In this document: one piece after another, positions 22,092 through 32,121 of the stretch
Numbering within the stretch: the stretch's first letter is position 1
Layout of the letters: each line of letters opens with the position of its first letter
Origin: a virus
Direction: 5' to 3' (one strand)
DNA: 32,887 nt
IMG/VR virus record: IMGVR_UViG_3300005611_000123
Span: 1-32,887 of that record
Position numbers and translations under genes: made by a program
The notes under the pieces: model-generated
What the model saw: the letters and a program-made list of their open reading frames with translations, nothing else
Told to the model about the DNA's origin: nothing
The model's database searches: none

Positions 22092-22103
22092 AGGAGATAA
22101 CAA

Positions 22104-22349
22104 ATGACTTATTCTGCAAGTAATTTAAAGAAAGTTGCTGGCGGTGCTAATGGAATCTTCTACTATGATTCAGCAGACGCAATTGCGACTGTTATAGCAT
22201 CAGGCTACTTCAATAACGCAACCAATGAATTGAAACAGTTTGACATTATCAATGCTGTTACATCAACTGGTGGCACACCTGCAGTAGACGTTTTAGTTGT
22301 TACATCAGCTACTGGTGCAGCAACTGTTACAGTTACTAACGGTACATAA
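22104..22349 (+). CDS. Small Ala/Thr/Gly-rich protein downstream of the capsid gene (possible decoration or minor head protein)
   Basis: AAGGAG RBS. Followed by a GC-rich hairpin. Confidence 0.65.
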   Translation: MTYSASNLKKVAGGANGIFYYDSADAIATVIASGYFNNATNELKQFDIINAVTSTGGTPAVDVLVVTSATGAATVTVTNGT

Positions 22350-22356
22350 CCAACTA

Positions 22357-22377
22357 GAGGGGGGTTCGCCCCCCCTC
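22357..22377 (+). terminator. GC-rich stem-loop after the capsid module (attenuator or RNA-stabilising hairpin; no U-tract)
   Basis: GAGGGGGG (22357-22364) pairs with CCCCCCTC (22370-22377) around a TTCG(C) loop. Confidence 0.4.
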
Positions 22378-22391
22378 ACCATGAGGACACT

Positions 22392-23000
22392 ATGGCATTA
22401 AGTAAATTTGATATATGTAATCAAGCTTTGGTATTAGTTGGTGCTAATACCATTACTAGTTTTAGCCAGAACACCACAGAATCTATAGTTGCAAACCAAC
22501 TCTACGAAACAACATTAGAAGATCTTCTTACAAAATGTAGATGGAGATTTGCTTCAAAACAAATACAACTAAGCAAGAATACTACAAATCCAGATGCACG
22601 TTATGAATCATCATACGCTTTACCATCTGATGCAATTATTATCCATACAATAACAGTATCTGACCAAGTAATTATTTATGATAGATATGGGCAAAATATA
22701 TTTACTAACACTACAAGCAGTGATACAGTAATAGCTGACTATACCTTTCAACCAAGTGAGAGTATTTTCCCACCCTACTTCGCAAAGGTGCTAGTTTTCG
22801 AGCTAGCATCTTTGTTTGCTGGTGCTATAGCTAGAAATGATCAACTAGCTAATCTATACTCAGCAAGAGCAGTTGCACAATTACAACAAGCGAAAGCAAT
22901 TGATTCTCAAGCACAAACCACTAGACGTGTCCAGGTGGATAGATTTAGAAATGTACGAACTCGATCAGCTTTAAATGATATTACTGCAACTTCTTCATAG
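22392..23000 (+). CDS. Tail tubular protein A / adaptor (T7 gp11-like)
   Basis: ICNQALVLVGANTITSFSQNTTESIVANQLYETTLEDLLTKCRWRFA parallels T7 gp11 VNDILASIGEPPVSTLEG...ILNKINRQIQSRGWTFN. Size 202 aa versus 196 aa. Confidence 0.6.
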   Translation: MALSKFDICNQALVLVGANTITSFSQNTTESIVANQLYETTLEDLLTKCRWRFASKQIQLSKNTTNPDARYESSYALPSDAIIIHTITVSDQVIIYDRYGQNIFTNTTSSDTVIADYTFQPSESIFPPYFAKVLVFELASLFAGAIARNDQLANLYSARAVAQLQQAKAIDSQAQTTRRVQVDRFRNVRTRSALNDITATSS

Positions 23001-23008
23001 GACTATGA

Positions 23009-25465
23009 ATGCCTTTACAAAGAGTACATCAGTCCAGTTTTTTAAGAGGTGAGTTAGACCCCAACATGGTTTCAAGAACGGATCTTGAAGCTTATGGTGG
23101 TTCTTTAAAAAAAGCTAGGAACGTAATCCCTATTAACCAAGGTGGTGTTGAGAGAAGATGTGGATCTGCTTATCGAGCAAACCTTGGTGGTCAATCAAGA
23201 TTAGAATCATTTATATTCTCTCAAGGACAAGAGTACATTGTAGCATTTCAAAACACAGCAGTTAAATTTTATTCTACTAATGGTACACTACTACAAACTA
23301 TAACTAGTTGTCCTTGGACTACATCGCAATTATTTGATTTAGATGTATCACAGACTGGTGATACTATGATTGTAGTACACAAAGATTTTATGCCACAGAT
23401 ATTAAAACGTACTGGTGCTACTACATTTACCCTTACTGCCTTTGCTTTTGAAGAAAGCACAAATGGAGAAGTAACTTATCAACCTTACTACAAGTTTGCT
23501 GATAATGGAGTAACACTTGATATTGATGCAACAGCTAAAGGTACAACTGGTGTAACCTGCACTACATCTTCAGCTTATTGGACATCAGACTATGTAGGAC
23601 AGATTATTAGATATCATGAAACAGAGATAGAGATTACTGGATATACCAGCAGTACAGTTGTTACTGGAACATTAAGAGGTAATGTTGAAATTGCATTAGA
23701 TGACGATCCTTTTAGAACAACCCAAGATTCTGGTGTTGTAGAAGTTACTATGGTACAACATGGATTCTCTACTGGTGCTAGTATTACTATAAGTGGTGCT
23801 GAAGATATTTTAAATGACCAAAGTCAAGGCATTGTATACAATCATTTAAACGGAACATTTACTATTACAGTAACAGATGATAATCATTTTACTTTTACTG
23901 CATCTAACAGTGATGTTGCTTACAACTCTGTAGATGGTGGTGGTGTTAATGTTAAGATTGTAGGACACCCACCTACCAAAACATGGGATGAACAAATCAT
24001 TGGTGCTGTTAATGGCTACCCACAAACAGTTGCGTTTCATGAACAAAGATTATATTTTGCTGGAGTTCCTTCATTCCCAGATGGTATACAAGGCAGTAAG
24101 ATAGGGCAGTTTTTTAACTTTGATGTTGGTGAAGCAGAAGATGATGAATCAATACAGATACAAATTGCATCAGATCAAATAAACGAGATAAGACATCTAG
24201 TATCTGGTAAGAACTTACAGATACTAACAAGTACTGGGGAGTTTTATCTTAGACCACCAGTATCACAACCAGTAACACCAACAGATATTCGTATTGTTAA
24301 TCAGTCTACATTTGGTTCGCAGTTGCAAGCAAAGCCTAGACAGTTTGATAATGCTACTGTATTTGTCCAAAATAATGGGAGAACTGTTAGAGAGTATTTG
24401 TATAGTGAATCAGCAGAAGAATACACATCCAATAGTATTTCTTTATTATCAAGTCATTTAATTAGCAATCCTACTGATTCAGCTAAGCTAACATCCGTAC
24501 CTAATAGAACAGAACAATTTTATTTCCTAGTTAATGATGATGGTACTATTGCAGTATTCTTATCTCAAAGAAATGAAAAGATAGCTGGATGGTTACAATG
24601 GAACACAAATGGTAATTATGAATCAGTTTGCTGTACTACTACAGATATTTATACAGCAGTTAAAAGAACTATTAATGGTAGTGATATTTATGCCTTAGAA
24701 CAATTTAGTGATCATGCATTTGATTTGCCTACTGATTACACTACAACTAAAATTATATCTTCTAGTTATCAGCCACATGGAACACCTCTAGTTAATGGTG
24801 CTATTACATCTACTACTACATTTATTGCAGATGGTTTTACTAATGCACCTACCGTAGGAGAAAAGTTTAAGTTTGGTGGAGCAGGCACAGAGTTTACAAT
24901 CAATAGTGTAACAGCTACTGGTAATTCAAATGAATATATTGTTGTTATAGATGCAGTAACAACACAGTCTGATAATACATCTTTAGAGTTTACCACAAGC
25001 AGAGTATTTAGTGGCTTAACAGATTATATAGGAGAAACAGTATATGCTACTGCTGGTAGTGCAGAGGGCAGTCCTGTATATTACTATGGAAGTGGTATTG
25101 TGGATGCGAGTGGTAATGTTGCTATTGCTACACCAACAAGTGCCTGTGATATTGGTTTAGATTTTACAGTAGAGATTGATACATTTAGCACTGACGCATT
25201 ATTAACTCAGGGACAGATTACTGGATTACCAAGAAAGATAGCTAAAACTGTAGTTGAATTATCTTCTACTTACAATGTACAAGTTAATTCAAGAGATGTT
25301 GTGTTCACTACAACTGCTATTGGATCAACTAGTGGACTTGAGAGTTTTACTGGTAAAAAAGAAGTTTATATATTAGGTTATAGTTTAGAGCCTAATTTAG
25401 AAATTAGACAATCAGCACCATTACCTATGAGGGTATTGGGTATTACTACAGAGGTGTATTACTAA
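23009..25465 (+). CDS. Tail tubular protein B / nozzle-like large tail protein
   Basis: 818 aa directly after the gp11-like gene. N-terminal FLRGELDPNMVSRTDLEAYGGSLKKARNVIPINQGGVERRCGS is typical of podoviral nozzle proteins. Confidence 0.5.
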   Translation: MPLQRVHQSSFLRGELDPNMVSRTDLEAYGGSLKKARNVIPINQGGVERRCGSAYRANLGGQSRLESFIFSQGQEYIVAFQNTAVKFYSTNGTLLQTITSCPWTTSQLFDLDVSQTGDTMIVVHKDFMPQILKRTGATTFTLTAFAFEESTNGEVTYQPYYKFADNGVTLDIDATAKGTTGVTCTTSSAYWTSDYVGQIIRYHETEIEITGYTSSTVVTGTLRGNVEIALDDDPFRTTQDSGVVEVTMVQHGFSTGASITISGAEDILNDQSQGIVYNHLNGTFTITVTDDNHFTFTASNSDVAYNSVDGGGVNVKIVGHPPTKTWDEQIIGAVNGYPQTVAFHEQRLYFAGVPSFPDGIQGSKIGQFFNFDVGEAEDDESIQIQIASDQINEIRHLVSGKNLQILTSTGEFYLRPPVSQPVTPTDIRIVNQSTFGSQLQAKPRQFDNATVFVQNNGRTVREYLYSESAEEYTSNSISLLSSHLISNPTDSAKLTSVPNRTEQFYFLVNDDGTIAVFLSQRNEKIAGWLQWNTNGNYESVCCTTTDIYTAVKRTINGSDIYALEQFSDHAFDLPTDYTTTKIISSSYQPHGTPLVNGAITSTTTFIADGFTNAPTVGEKFKFGGAGTEFTINSVTATGNSNEYIVVIDAVTTQSDNTSLEFTTSRVFSGLTDYIGETVYATAGSAEGSPVYYYGSGIVDASGNVAIATPTSACDIGLDFTVEIDTFSTDALLTQGQITGLPRKIAKTVVELSSTYNVQVNSRDVVFTTTAIGSTSGLESFTGKKEVYILGYSLEPNLEIRQSAPLPMRVLGITTEVYY

Positions 25466-25980
25466 TGTTAAACTTATTAGGATTTGTTAATCCAACATTT
25501 TTAGGTATAGCTAGTTTAATTGGACAGGGTGTTGGCACAATGATGTCGTTGAGAAATCAACGTCAAGCATTAGCTTATGAACAAATGCAATCACGTATTC
25601 TTGAGAAGCAGTACAAAGATGAAGCTGATGCTGTTACATTACAAATGCAATCAGAAGAATTAGAAAGAAAACGTAGGTACTCACAAACAATATCAGAAAA
25701 CAGAGCATTGATGAGTAGTAGTGGTATAGACTTAGATAGTCCTAGCTATAGAGCATTGCTCAAGGCAAATCAAAAAGTATTTAAACAAGATATTAATAAA
25801 ATAAAACTTATGGGTACTGAGGCAAGACTTGCTAAATTAAGAGATGCACAACAAGCAAAACTTACTGGTAGGGCAGCTAAGACAAGTTATCAATCTGGTG
25901 TGTTAGATACATTAGGTAGGAATCTTTTGAATGCCTCAAGTACATTAGGTGAGTTTAATCTTTTAGGTAAGGATAAGTAA
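25465..25980 (+). CDS. Internal virion protein (gp14-like position; N-terminal TM, coiled coil)
   Basis: TAATG coupling. FLGIASLIGQGVGTMMSL is hydrophobic. The rest is helical and charged. Confidence 0.45.
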   Translation: MLNLLGFVNPTFLGIASLIGQGVGTMMSLRNQRQALAYEQMQSRILEKQYKDEADAVTLQMQSEELERKRRYSQTISENRALMSSSGIDLDSPSYRALLKANQKVFKQDINKIKLMGTEARLAKLRDAQQAKLTGRAAKTSYQSGVLDTLGRNLLNASSTLGEFNLLGKDK

Positions 25981-28364
25981 TGGCTTTAAAGAAAGAACAA
26001 TCCCAAGTTAGTTATAGTTCACAGATTGGTGTTAATCGTGGTACTGGCTATCAATCATTAGCAAATGCCTATAAACAACAAGCTAATGTTGTAGACAATC
26101 TTGTTAATGCTTACGCATCTAAAGCATTAGATGAAATGAAAATACGTGGAAAGAAGATAGGGCAAGAGGCTGCTGAAAATGTAAACTTTATGGAAGAAGT
26201 TGTTTCCTGGAAAGATCCTGTAACTGGTAATCAAGAACAGATAACGGTAAGAAAACCTATATCTGAAATAGCAAATGTTTTTTCTACACGTACAGCACAA
26301 GAGGCATATGATGATATACTTGCTAAAAGATATATCCAGGAAGCACAAGTTAGTGCTGAAAATATTATTAATCAAGAAAAAGCTTTAGCACTATCTAATA
26401 ACTTATCTGAGGCACAATATGACGTTTTAGTAAGAAACAAGTTAGATAAATTGTACAAAGTCCTGCCAACAGATGTTGGTAATTATGTAGAAACATATAG
26501 TGAAGAAAGAAGGCAAGAAGGTTTCTACACTGTTATGACAAACTATGATAGACACTTAAAACAGTTAGAAAATGTTAATGTAAAAAACACATACTCTAAA
26601 AACACCACATTGTTAGCAGAAGGTTTGATGACTAAAGAACAATTTGATGAGAGTGTGGCTGATTTAAAGAGTTCAGAGTATTACAAAGAAAATGCTGGAA
26701 TACTTGAAGATGGAATAAATACAGCAATATATACCAATGATACTCTTGGGTCTATACGTGTAGATAACTGGACTACAGCTAGCATGAAAGACCTAAATAC
26801 ACTATCGACTAATTTAGCTGCATTAAATAGTGTTGCTCTTGGGTCTGCTTCTTCTGCAACTATTATGGTAAATGGTTCAGAGCAAATAATTACTAGAGAA
26901 GATTTAGTAAGAAACCTTGGAACACTAGACCAAATTAACACTTGGCAAAATTCTGTTTCAGAACAACTTACAAAAATTAACAGCTACCTATCTTCTCAAT
27001 CTAACAATGGGAATATAGAAAGCATTATTAAAGCTAATATAACAAACTTTCATGAAAGTGGTACTGCACCTATACTCTATGGAGAAACAAGATCTAAAGT
27101 CGAAGATTGGTTTGGGTCATTTAATAGTCAAGAAGATATAGCAGAGCTATACCAAGCAAGGTATGGGATACCTATTCGTAGAGATAGCAATGCAACTGAT
27201 GGGCCTCTTAATTCTTTTGATGTGACAAGACTAGCCATAGATAATGGTGTACTCCCTACCAATGTTAAAAATACCATCCAATCTAATTTTGGTACGTTTA
27301 ATCCTTCTGGAATACAAAACTTATATAGTAGTGGAATTATAGATTATATCACTAACAGTCAAATAAAGATACCTAGAACAGTAAACAAAACTACTGCTGA
27401 TGGTGGTATGTCAGTAGAAATGGAATGGGACACTGTGTACACAAGTCGCATAAATGAATTAGGGTTAAGCAATGATATAGTGCAAAGAATTAAATTTGTA
27501 GATGAACGTTTGGATGCTGGATATTCTATTGATGATATAGCTAGCCAATGGGAAAGAAGAAGTGATGAAAAATTAACTTTAGAAAGAGCATTGGAAGTAT
27601 ATGGTGGTGGTAAATATGATACACGAGCAAAGTTTTATAATGAAATTAGAAAGTCTGTAGACAAAGTATCCAAAGAACTACTTGGGCATGATCCTAATGT
27701 TTTATTATTCAATGCAGAAATAATAGATTTATTTGAAACAGATTATATCAATGATGTTCGCAGTGGTATCTTTACATCAATAAACAAAGACAGTATTACT
27801 AAAGCTGCTAAAAGTTTTATGGGTAAATTAATTGGCACTAACAATAGCGAAACAACTTCCCAGTATGGTTACTCAAGTGCTATGTGGAGCGAAAGACTTG
27901 GTGTGTTTGATACTAACAATAGAGAAGTTAGCTTTGGCGTTGACACAAAACTATTTACAAAATTTCCACCAGAAAACTATTACAACCTTGGTGGTGAAAT
28001 TCAAGACACCTGGATAGATGCTTACGTACACAATATTATTAATGAGCAGTCTAAAGAAGTAAATGATCCAGGCAATATATATAATGGCGTTAGAACAGAT
28101 AATACATGGGGGAAAATTGGGCAAGATGATATGGTTCTTAGACAAAGACTAAGATTAACACCAATAGATGATATGACACCACCTATATATAATGTTGTCT
28201 TTATGGGTGATAATGGAGTGATCCATATGTTGCATGACAAAGATACTGATATACCTTTGGAAATTGATTTACAGCAAGAGTATCTTGACCGAGGGAAAAA
28301 GATGATTGAGGAATCTATAGATAGAAAAAGAAAAATAAATATGGATATTGAAGATGGCTCTTGA
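25980..28364 (+). CDS. Internal virion / ejection protein (gp15-like position)
   Basis: 794 aa, TAATG coupling, between the gp14-like and largest core-like ORFs. No catalytic motif seen. Confidence 0.45.
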   Translation: MALKKEQSQVSYSSQIGVNRGTGYQSLANAYKQQANVVDNLVNAYASKALDEMKIRGKKIGQEAAENVNFMEEVVSWKDPVTGNQEQITVRKPISEIANVFSTRTAQEAYDDILAKRYIQEAQVSAENIINQEKALALSNNLSEAQYDVLVRNKLDKLYKVLPTDVGNYVETYSEERRQEGFYTVMTNYDRHLKQLENVNVKNTYSKNTTLLAEGLMTKEQFDESVADLKSSEYYKENAGILEDGINTAIYTNDTLGSIRVDNWTTASMKDLNTLSTNLAALNSVALGSASSATIMVNGSEQIITREDLVRNLGTLDQINTWQNSVSEQLTKINSYLSSQSNNGNIESIIKANITNFHESGTAPILYGETRSKVEDWFGSFNSQEDIAELYQARYGIPIRRDSNATDGPLNSFDVTRLAIDNGVLPTNVKNTIQSNFGTFNPSGIQNLYSSGIIDYITNSQIKIPRTVNKTTADGGMSVEMEWDTVYTSRINELGLSNDIVQRIKFVDERLDAGYSIDDIASQWERRSDEKLTLERALEVYGGGKYDTRAKFYNEIRKSVDKVSKELLGHDPNVLLFNAEIIDLFETDYINDVRSGIFTSINKDSITKAAKSFMGKLIGTNNSETTSQYGYSSAMWSERLGVFDTNNREVSFGVDTKLFTKFPPENYYNLGGEIQDTWIDAYVHNIINEQSKEVNDPGNIYNGVRTDNTWGKIGQDDMVLRQRLRLTPIDDMTPPIYNVVFMGDNGVIHMLHDKDTDIPLEIDLQQEYLDRGKKMIEESIDRKRKINMDIEDGS

Positions 28365-31300
28365 AATAGGACCAACACCAGAAAGACCTTTGGTTAATAG
28401 GTATGTACCTAATTTAGAATACAAAAGACCAGCAGTAGTAGACCAAGGTTTTATATCAGATGTAAAAGATGAGTTTGCACTAACATGGATTGGGTCATTA
28501 CTACAAAATACATTTGTATTGGATCAAAAGATTTACAAAGAAAAACCAGAAGATCCTAACTATGACCCATTAGATCCAGATAACTTACGTGGTTTTGAAG
28601 AATATGCTGATAAGTTCTTAGACGTACGTAATAAAGAACATCATGATTTTATTAAACAACAGATCTGGAACAACAATGCAAGAAGAACAAGACTAGATGC
28701 TAGTGATAGAGTATGGTCGCCTATCCTTGTTTCTGCTCTTGCAGATCCTATTACTTACGTACCTATACCTCTTGCTCGAGGAGTAGGTTTTGCCACAAGA
28801 TTTGCTAAAGGTGCTGCTATTGGTGGTGGTTTAGTTGCAGCCACAGAACCTATTAGAAGAACACAAGACCCTACATCTACTGGCGAAGAAACAGCTTTCA
28901 TTATTGGTGGTGCTGGATTAATTAGTGGTTTGCTATCTGGTATAGCTGGTAATGTAGTTAGTAGAGGTACTGGAAGAATTACAACAAAAAATCCACCAGG
29001 ACCAGTTACTAAAAAACTTGCTAAAAAAGTTAGTGATAACAATACCTATAATAAATACCATAAGGAAATGGATATTGAAGATGGTTTAATTCAATGGGAA
29101 GATCAAGGATTCAAATCATTAAGAGATAACAAAACAATACAATATAAAGTTGAATACATTGACGCTAAAAAATTCAAAGGTTCACCTCATGCTAAATTTG
29201 ATAGCAAGACAAACACTATGTATCTAAACGATTTACTTATTAGAAAAGATTATGAAACTGGTGGCTTTATGACCAGGGGTAAAACTTTTCCTATGGATAA
29301 AACTTTGTTTAAATCGCCAGATGATGTTGCTTTGTTAGAAATGAAAGCAGCAGAAATAAGAGAAATATACACACCATTTAATTCTTGGAAAAAAACAAAT
29401 CCAAAAGGTACGACAACCCAATATAATAACGAAATATATATGCAAGCTTATGCTGACTTAACTACTGGTGCTGGTGGTATTGATTTAAACAAACACAACC
29501 CATTATTAAAATGGGGAAAAATGACAAGCACTTATCAAAAAATTGTTACAGATATTACAGACCCAGAATGGCAAGACTTTGTGCATAGGCTAGCTTATAA
29601 TGGTTCTATAAGGATGAAAGGTGGAACACCGAATGAATCAGCTTTAATTACTTCTAAGATTGAATTAAATACAAAATTAACAAAAACACAACAACTTATA
29701 ACATCAGCTTATTTAAAAGACAGAGGGTTAGATCCTAAGTCTGTTAGAGGTGATCTAGGGATTAACTGGCAATACTCTTTATCTAATGTTGGTGATAGAG
29801 CAGATGCATTAATGGATAGAATTAATGGATCTACTGATGTTACACAAGTTAGGCAAATGGATGTATACTCAAGAGAAATAACTTATGGTTTAATGGATAA
29901 TGATTATGCTGGAACATTAACTAAGTCACAACAATACGTAATTAAAGCAATAAGAAAAGATACTAATGACTTTGCTCAGTTTGCTGAGAATAATAATTTA
30001 TTTGAAACAACAGGTGCTTATACTAAGAAAGTAAAAGATGGTGAAGAAATTGTTGGCAAACTGAATGATATATTAGAAAACCAAATTCTAACTGTAGAGC
30101 AATCAAAAGTATTTAGAGAAATGTACCAAAGAAAGTTTACTGAACTTAAGGCATTAAGAGCAATTGCTAAAGGAAAAGATCTTAAGAATAAGTATCGCAG
30201 ACAAGAAAACTATTTGCCATTGTTTCCTAAAGTACCATCTATTGTTAAAGAAACAGCAGAGTATAAAAAGAGATGGGAGAATGCCATTAAAGAAACACCA
30301 TGGTATAGCGAACTAACAGAACAAGAAGTATCTGCTTTAGCACAGAAAAGAGTAGATTTTGATTTAGACCTTGGTGAATATGGTGAAGAAGCTATCCTTA
30401 AAGGATTTGTTGGTAATGTAAACAATCCATATCGTTTAGGTGCATCACAGTTTTTAAAAAGAGAGATAGACGTACCTTATCATTTGTTACGTAAACATGG
30501 TGTTATGGATTATATGGAAGATAATGCATTTACTATCTACCATAGATACATGAATGTAGCAACTAAGGTAAGATCAATGACTGAAAAGTTTGGTGATCCG
30601 TTTGCTTCAAAAGAAAAAGATCTACAATTTATTAGGCTAGTGTTAAAAGAAGGTAAAACACCAGCAGGAATGAAAAAGGTTAATGCAGGGTTACAAGGTT
30701 TTGATAATCTTATTGAAAGAATGTATTATACCTTTAATACAGCAGATCCAGCAGGTGTGTCAAGGCAATCGGCTGACATATTAAGAGGTGTTTCTGCTTT
30801 AGGTGGAATGGGTGGTGTTGTCCCATCAAGCTTATCAGAAATGGCTATGCCTTTTATGGTGCATGGATTAAGCAATGCATTTCGTGGATTAAAAACATAT
30901 GTAACTTCCCATGGGCCTATATTTAAAAAACTAGTAGGTGATGTCGTAGAGGAGTTGGGTGAAGATGAAGCTCTATTCTTTGGATCTATGAATAGATTTA
31001 TAGCTGAAAATGGCTTGCATGCTAGCTCTAGTCGTGGTGGTAAGGTATTAGGTGCAATACATAATGGTGTCAATAAAGCACAAATTCCATTCTATTGGGC
31101 AAACCTTTTAACACCTTGGACTAACTGGTGGAAAAGATTTAGTAGAGTAATAGGTTATCAAAGGTTTATTAGAGATGCTTACATTGTAACTGACAGAGTA
31201 GATCCTTTAACAGGGAAGGCTATTAGTCCAGAGCAAGTAGCACAAAAACTAAAAGAATTAAAAAAGTACGGAATTGACCAAAAAACTGCAAGGTTGATTA

Positions 31301-32121
31301 CTACCATGCCTATTGAAAGACAAGGTAAAAACTTTTTACCAAATACTTTAGCCTGGAATGAAGTTAAAGGTGGTGCTGTAGCTAGAAGAAAATTAAAAGT
31401 TGCTGTCTATATGTCTGGTGAAAATACAATTATTACCCCAGATATTACTGATACACCAGATATAGTAGCTGGTGCTACAACATTTACAGGTAAAGAATGG
31501 GATGCAATCTTTGCTAACCCTTTGGTTAATAGAGTATTTAAACCACAAAAAACACAGTATGGGTATAAAGTAAATGCAACATGGGCAAGTTTACCATTTC
31601 AATTTATGCCATGGGCATTTGCAGCTACAAACAGAATGCTAGTAGGTGGTGGACAATCTTTAAGTAATGGGCAAGGTCAAGTAGTGGTTGCTATGGGTAT
31701 GATGTTATTACTTGGATCTTTAGTTACTTATGTTAAGAATCCTACAGCTTTTGAAAATATGACTAATGAAGAACTTGTAGCTGAATCTATAGAAAGATCT
31801 GGTCTACTTACTATTTTTGGAGATCTTAACTTCATGCTCGAAAGTGTAACTGAAGGCTTTACAGACACTCCAATTGGTGTTAGACCTTTATTAGGATTAG
31901 AGCCTAGGTTTGGTAATGTGGATAGTGGCAGTGCATTAGGTGAAATACTTGGACCAGGTCCTAGCATACCAATAGACCTAGTAAGAATTTATGCTGGGGA
32001 CTATGATTATAAAACAGATCATGCTATGTTAAGAAGAATGCTGCCATTACAAAACTTAATATTCTTCAAAAGATTATTAAGACCATTATATGATCAAGGC
32101 ATAGAGGAGATATTGGAATGA
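28354..32121 (+). CDS. Large internal virion / ejection protein (gp16-like position) with glycine-rich hydrophobic segments
   Basis: ATG at 28354 (the track uses TTG at 28348). Hydrophobic segments are GAAIGGGLVAAT, AFIIGGAGLISGLLSGIAGNVV and VVVAMGMMLLLGSLVTYV. It precedes the fiber gene. Confidence 0.5.
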   Translation: MALEIGPTPERPLVNRYVPNLEYKRPAVVDQGFISDVKDEFALTWIGSLLQNTFVLDQKIYKEKPEDPNYDPLDPDNLRGFEEYADKFLDVRNKEHHDFIKQQIWNNNARRTRLDASDRVWSPILVSALADPITYVPIPLARGVGFATRFAKGAAIGGGLVAATEPIRRTQDPTSTGEETAFIIGGAGLISGLLSGIAGNVVSRGTGRITTKNPPGPVTKKLAKKVSDNNTYNKYHKEMDIEDGLIQWEDQGFKSLRDNKTIQYKVEYIDAKKFKGSPHAKFDSKTNTMYLNDLLIRKDYETGGFMTRGKTFPMDKTLFKSPDDVALLEMKAAEIREIYTPFNSWKKTNPKGTTTQYNNEIYMQAYADLTTGAGGIDLNKHNPLLKWGKMTSTYQKIVTDITDPEWQDFVHRLAYNGSIRMKGGTPNESALITSKIELNTKLTKTQQLITSAYLKDRGLDPKSVRGDLGINWQYSLSNVGDRADALMDRINGSTDVTQVRQMDVYSREITYGLMDNDYAGTLTKSQQYVIKAIRKDTNDFAQFAENNNLFETTGAYTKKVKDGEEIVGKLNDILENQILTVEQSKVFREMYQRKFTELKALRAIAKGKDLKNKYRRQENYLPLFPKVPSIVKETAEYKKRWENAIKETPWYSELTEQEVSALAQKRVDFDLDLGEYGEEAILKGFVGNVNNPYRLGASQFLKREIDVPYHLLRKHGVMDYMEDNAFTIYHRYMNVATKVRSMTEKFGDPFASKEKDLQFIRLVLKEGKTPAGMKKVNAGLQGFDNLIERMYYTFNTADPAGVSRQSADILRGVSALGGMGGVVPSSLSEMAMPFMVHGLSNAFRGLKTYVTSHGPIFKKLVGDVVEELGEDEALFFGSMNRFIAENGLHASSSRGGKVLGAIHNGVNKAQIPFYWANLLTPWTNWWKRFSRVIGYQRFIRDAYIVTDRVDPLTGKAISPEQVAQKLKELKKYGIDQKTARLITTMPIERQGKNFLPNTLAWNEVKGGAVARRKLKVAVYMSGENTIITPDITDTPDIVAGATTFTGKEWDAIFANPLVNRVFKPQKTQYGYKVNATWASLPFQFMPWAFAATNRMLVGGGQSLSNGQGQVVVAMGMMLLLGSLVTYVKNPTAFENMTNEELVAESIERSGLLTIFGDLNFMLESVTEGFTDTPIGVRPLLGLEPRFGNVDSGSALGEILGPGPSIPIDLVRIYAGDYDYKTDHAMLRRMLPLQNLIFFKRLLRPLYDQGIEEILE

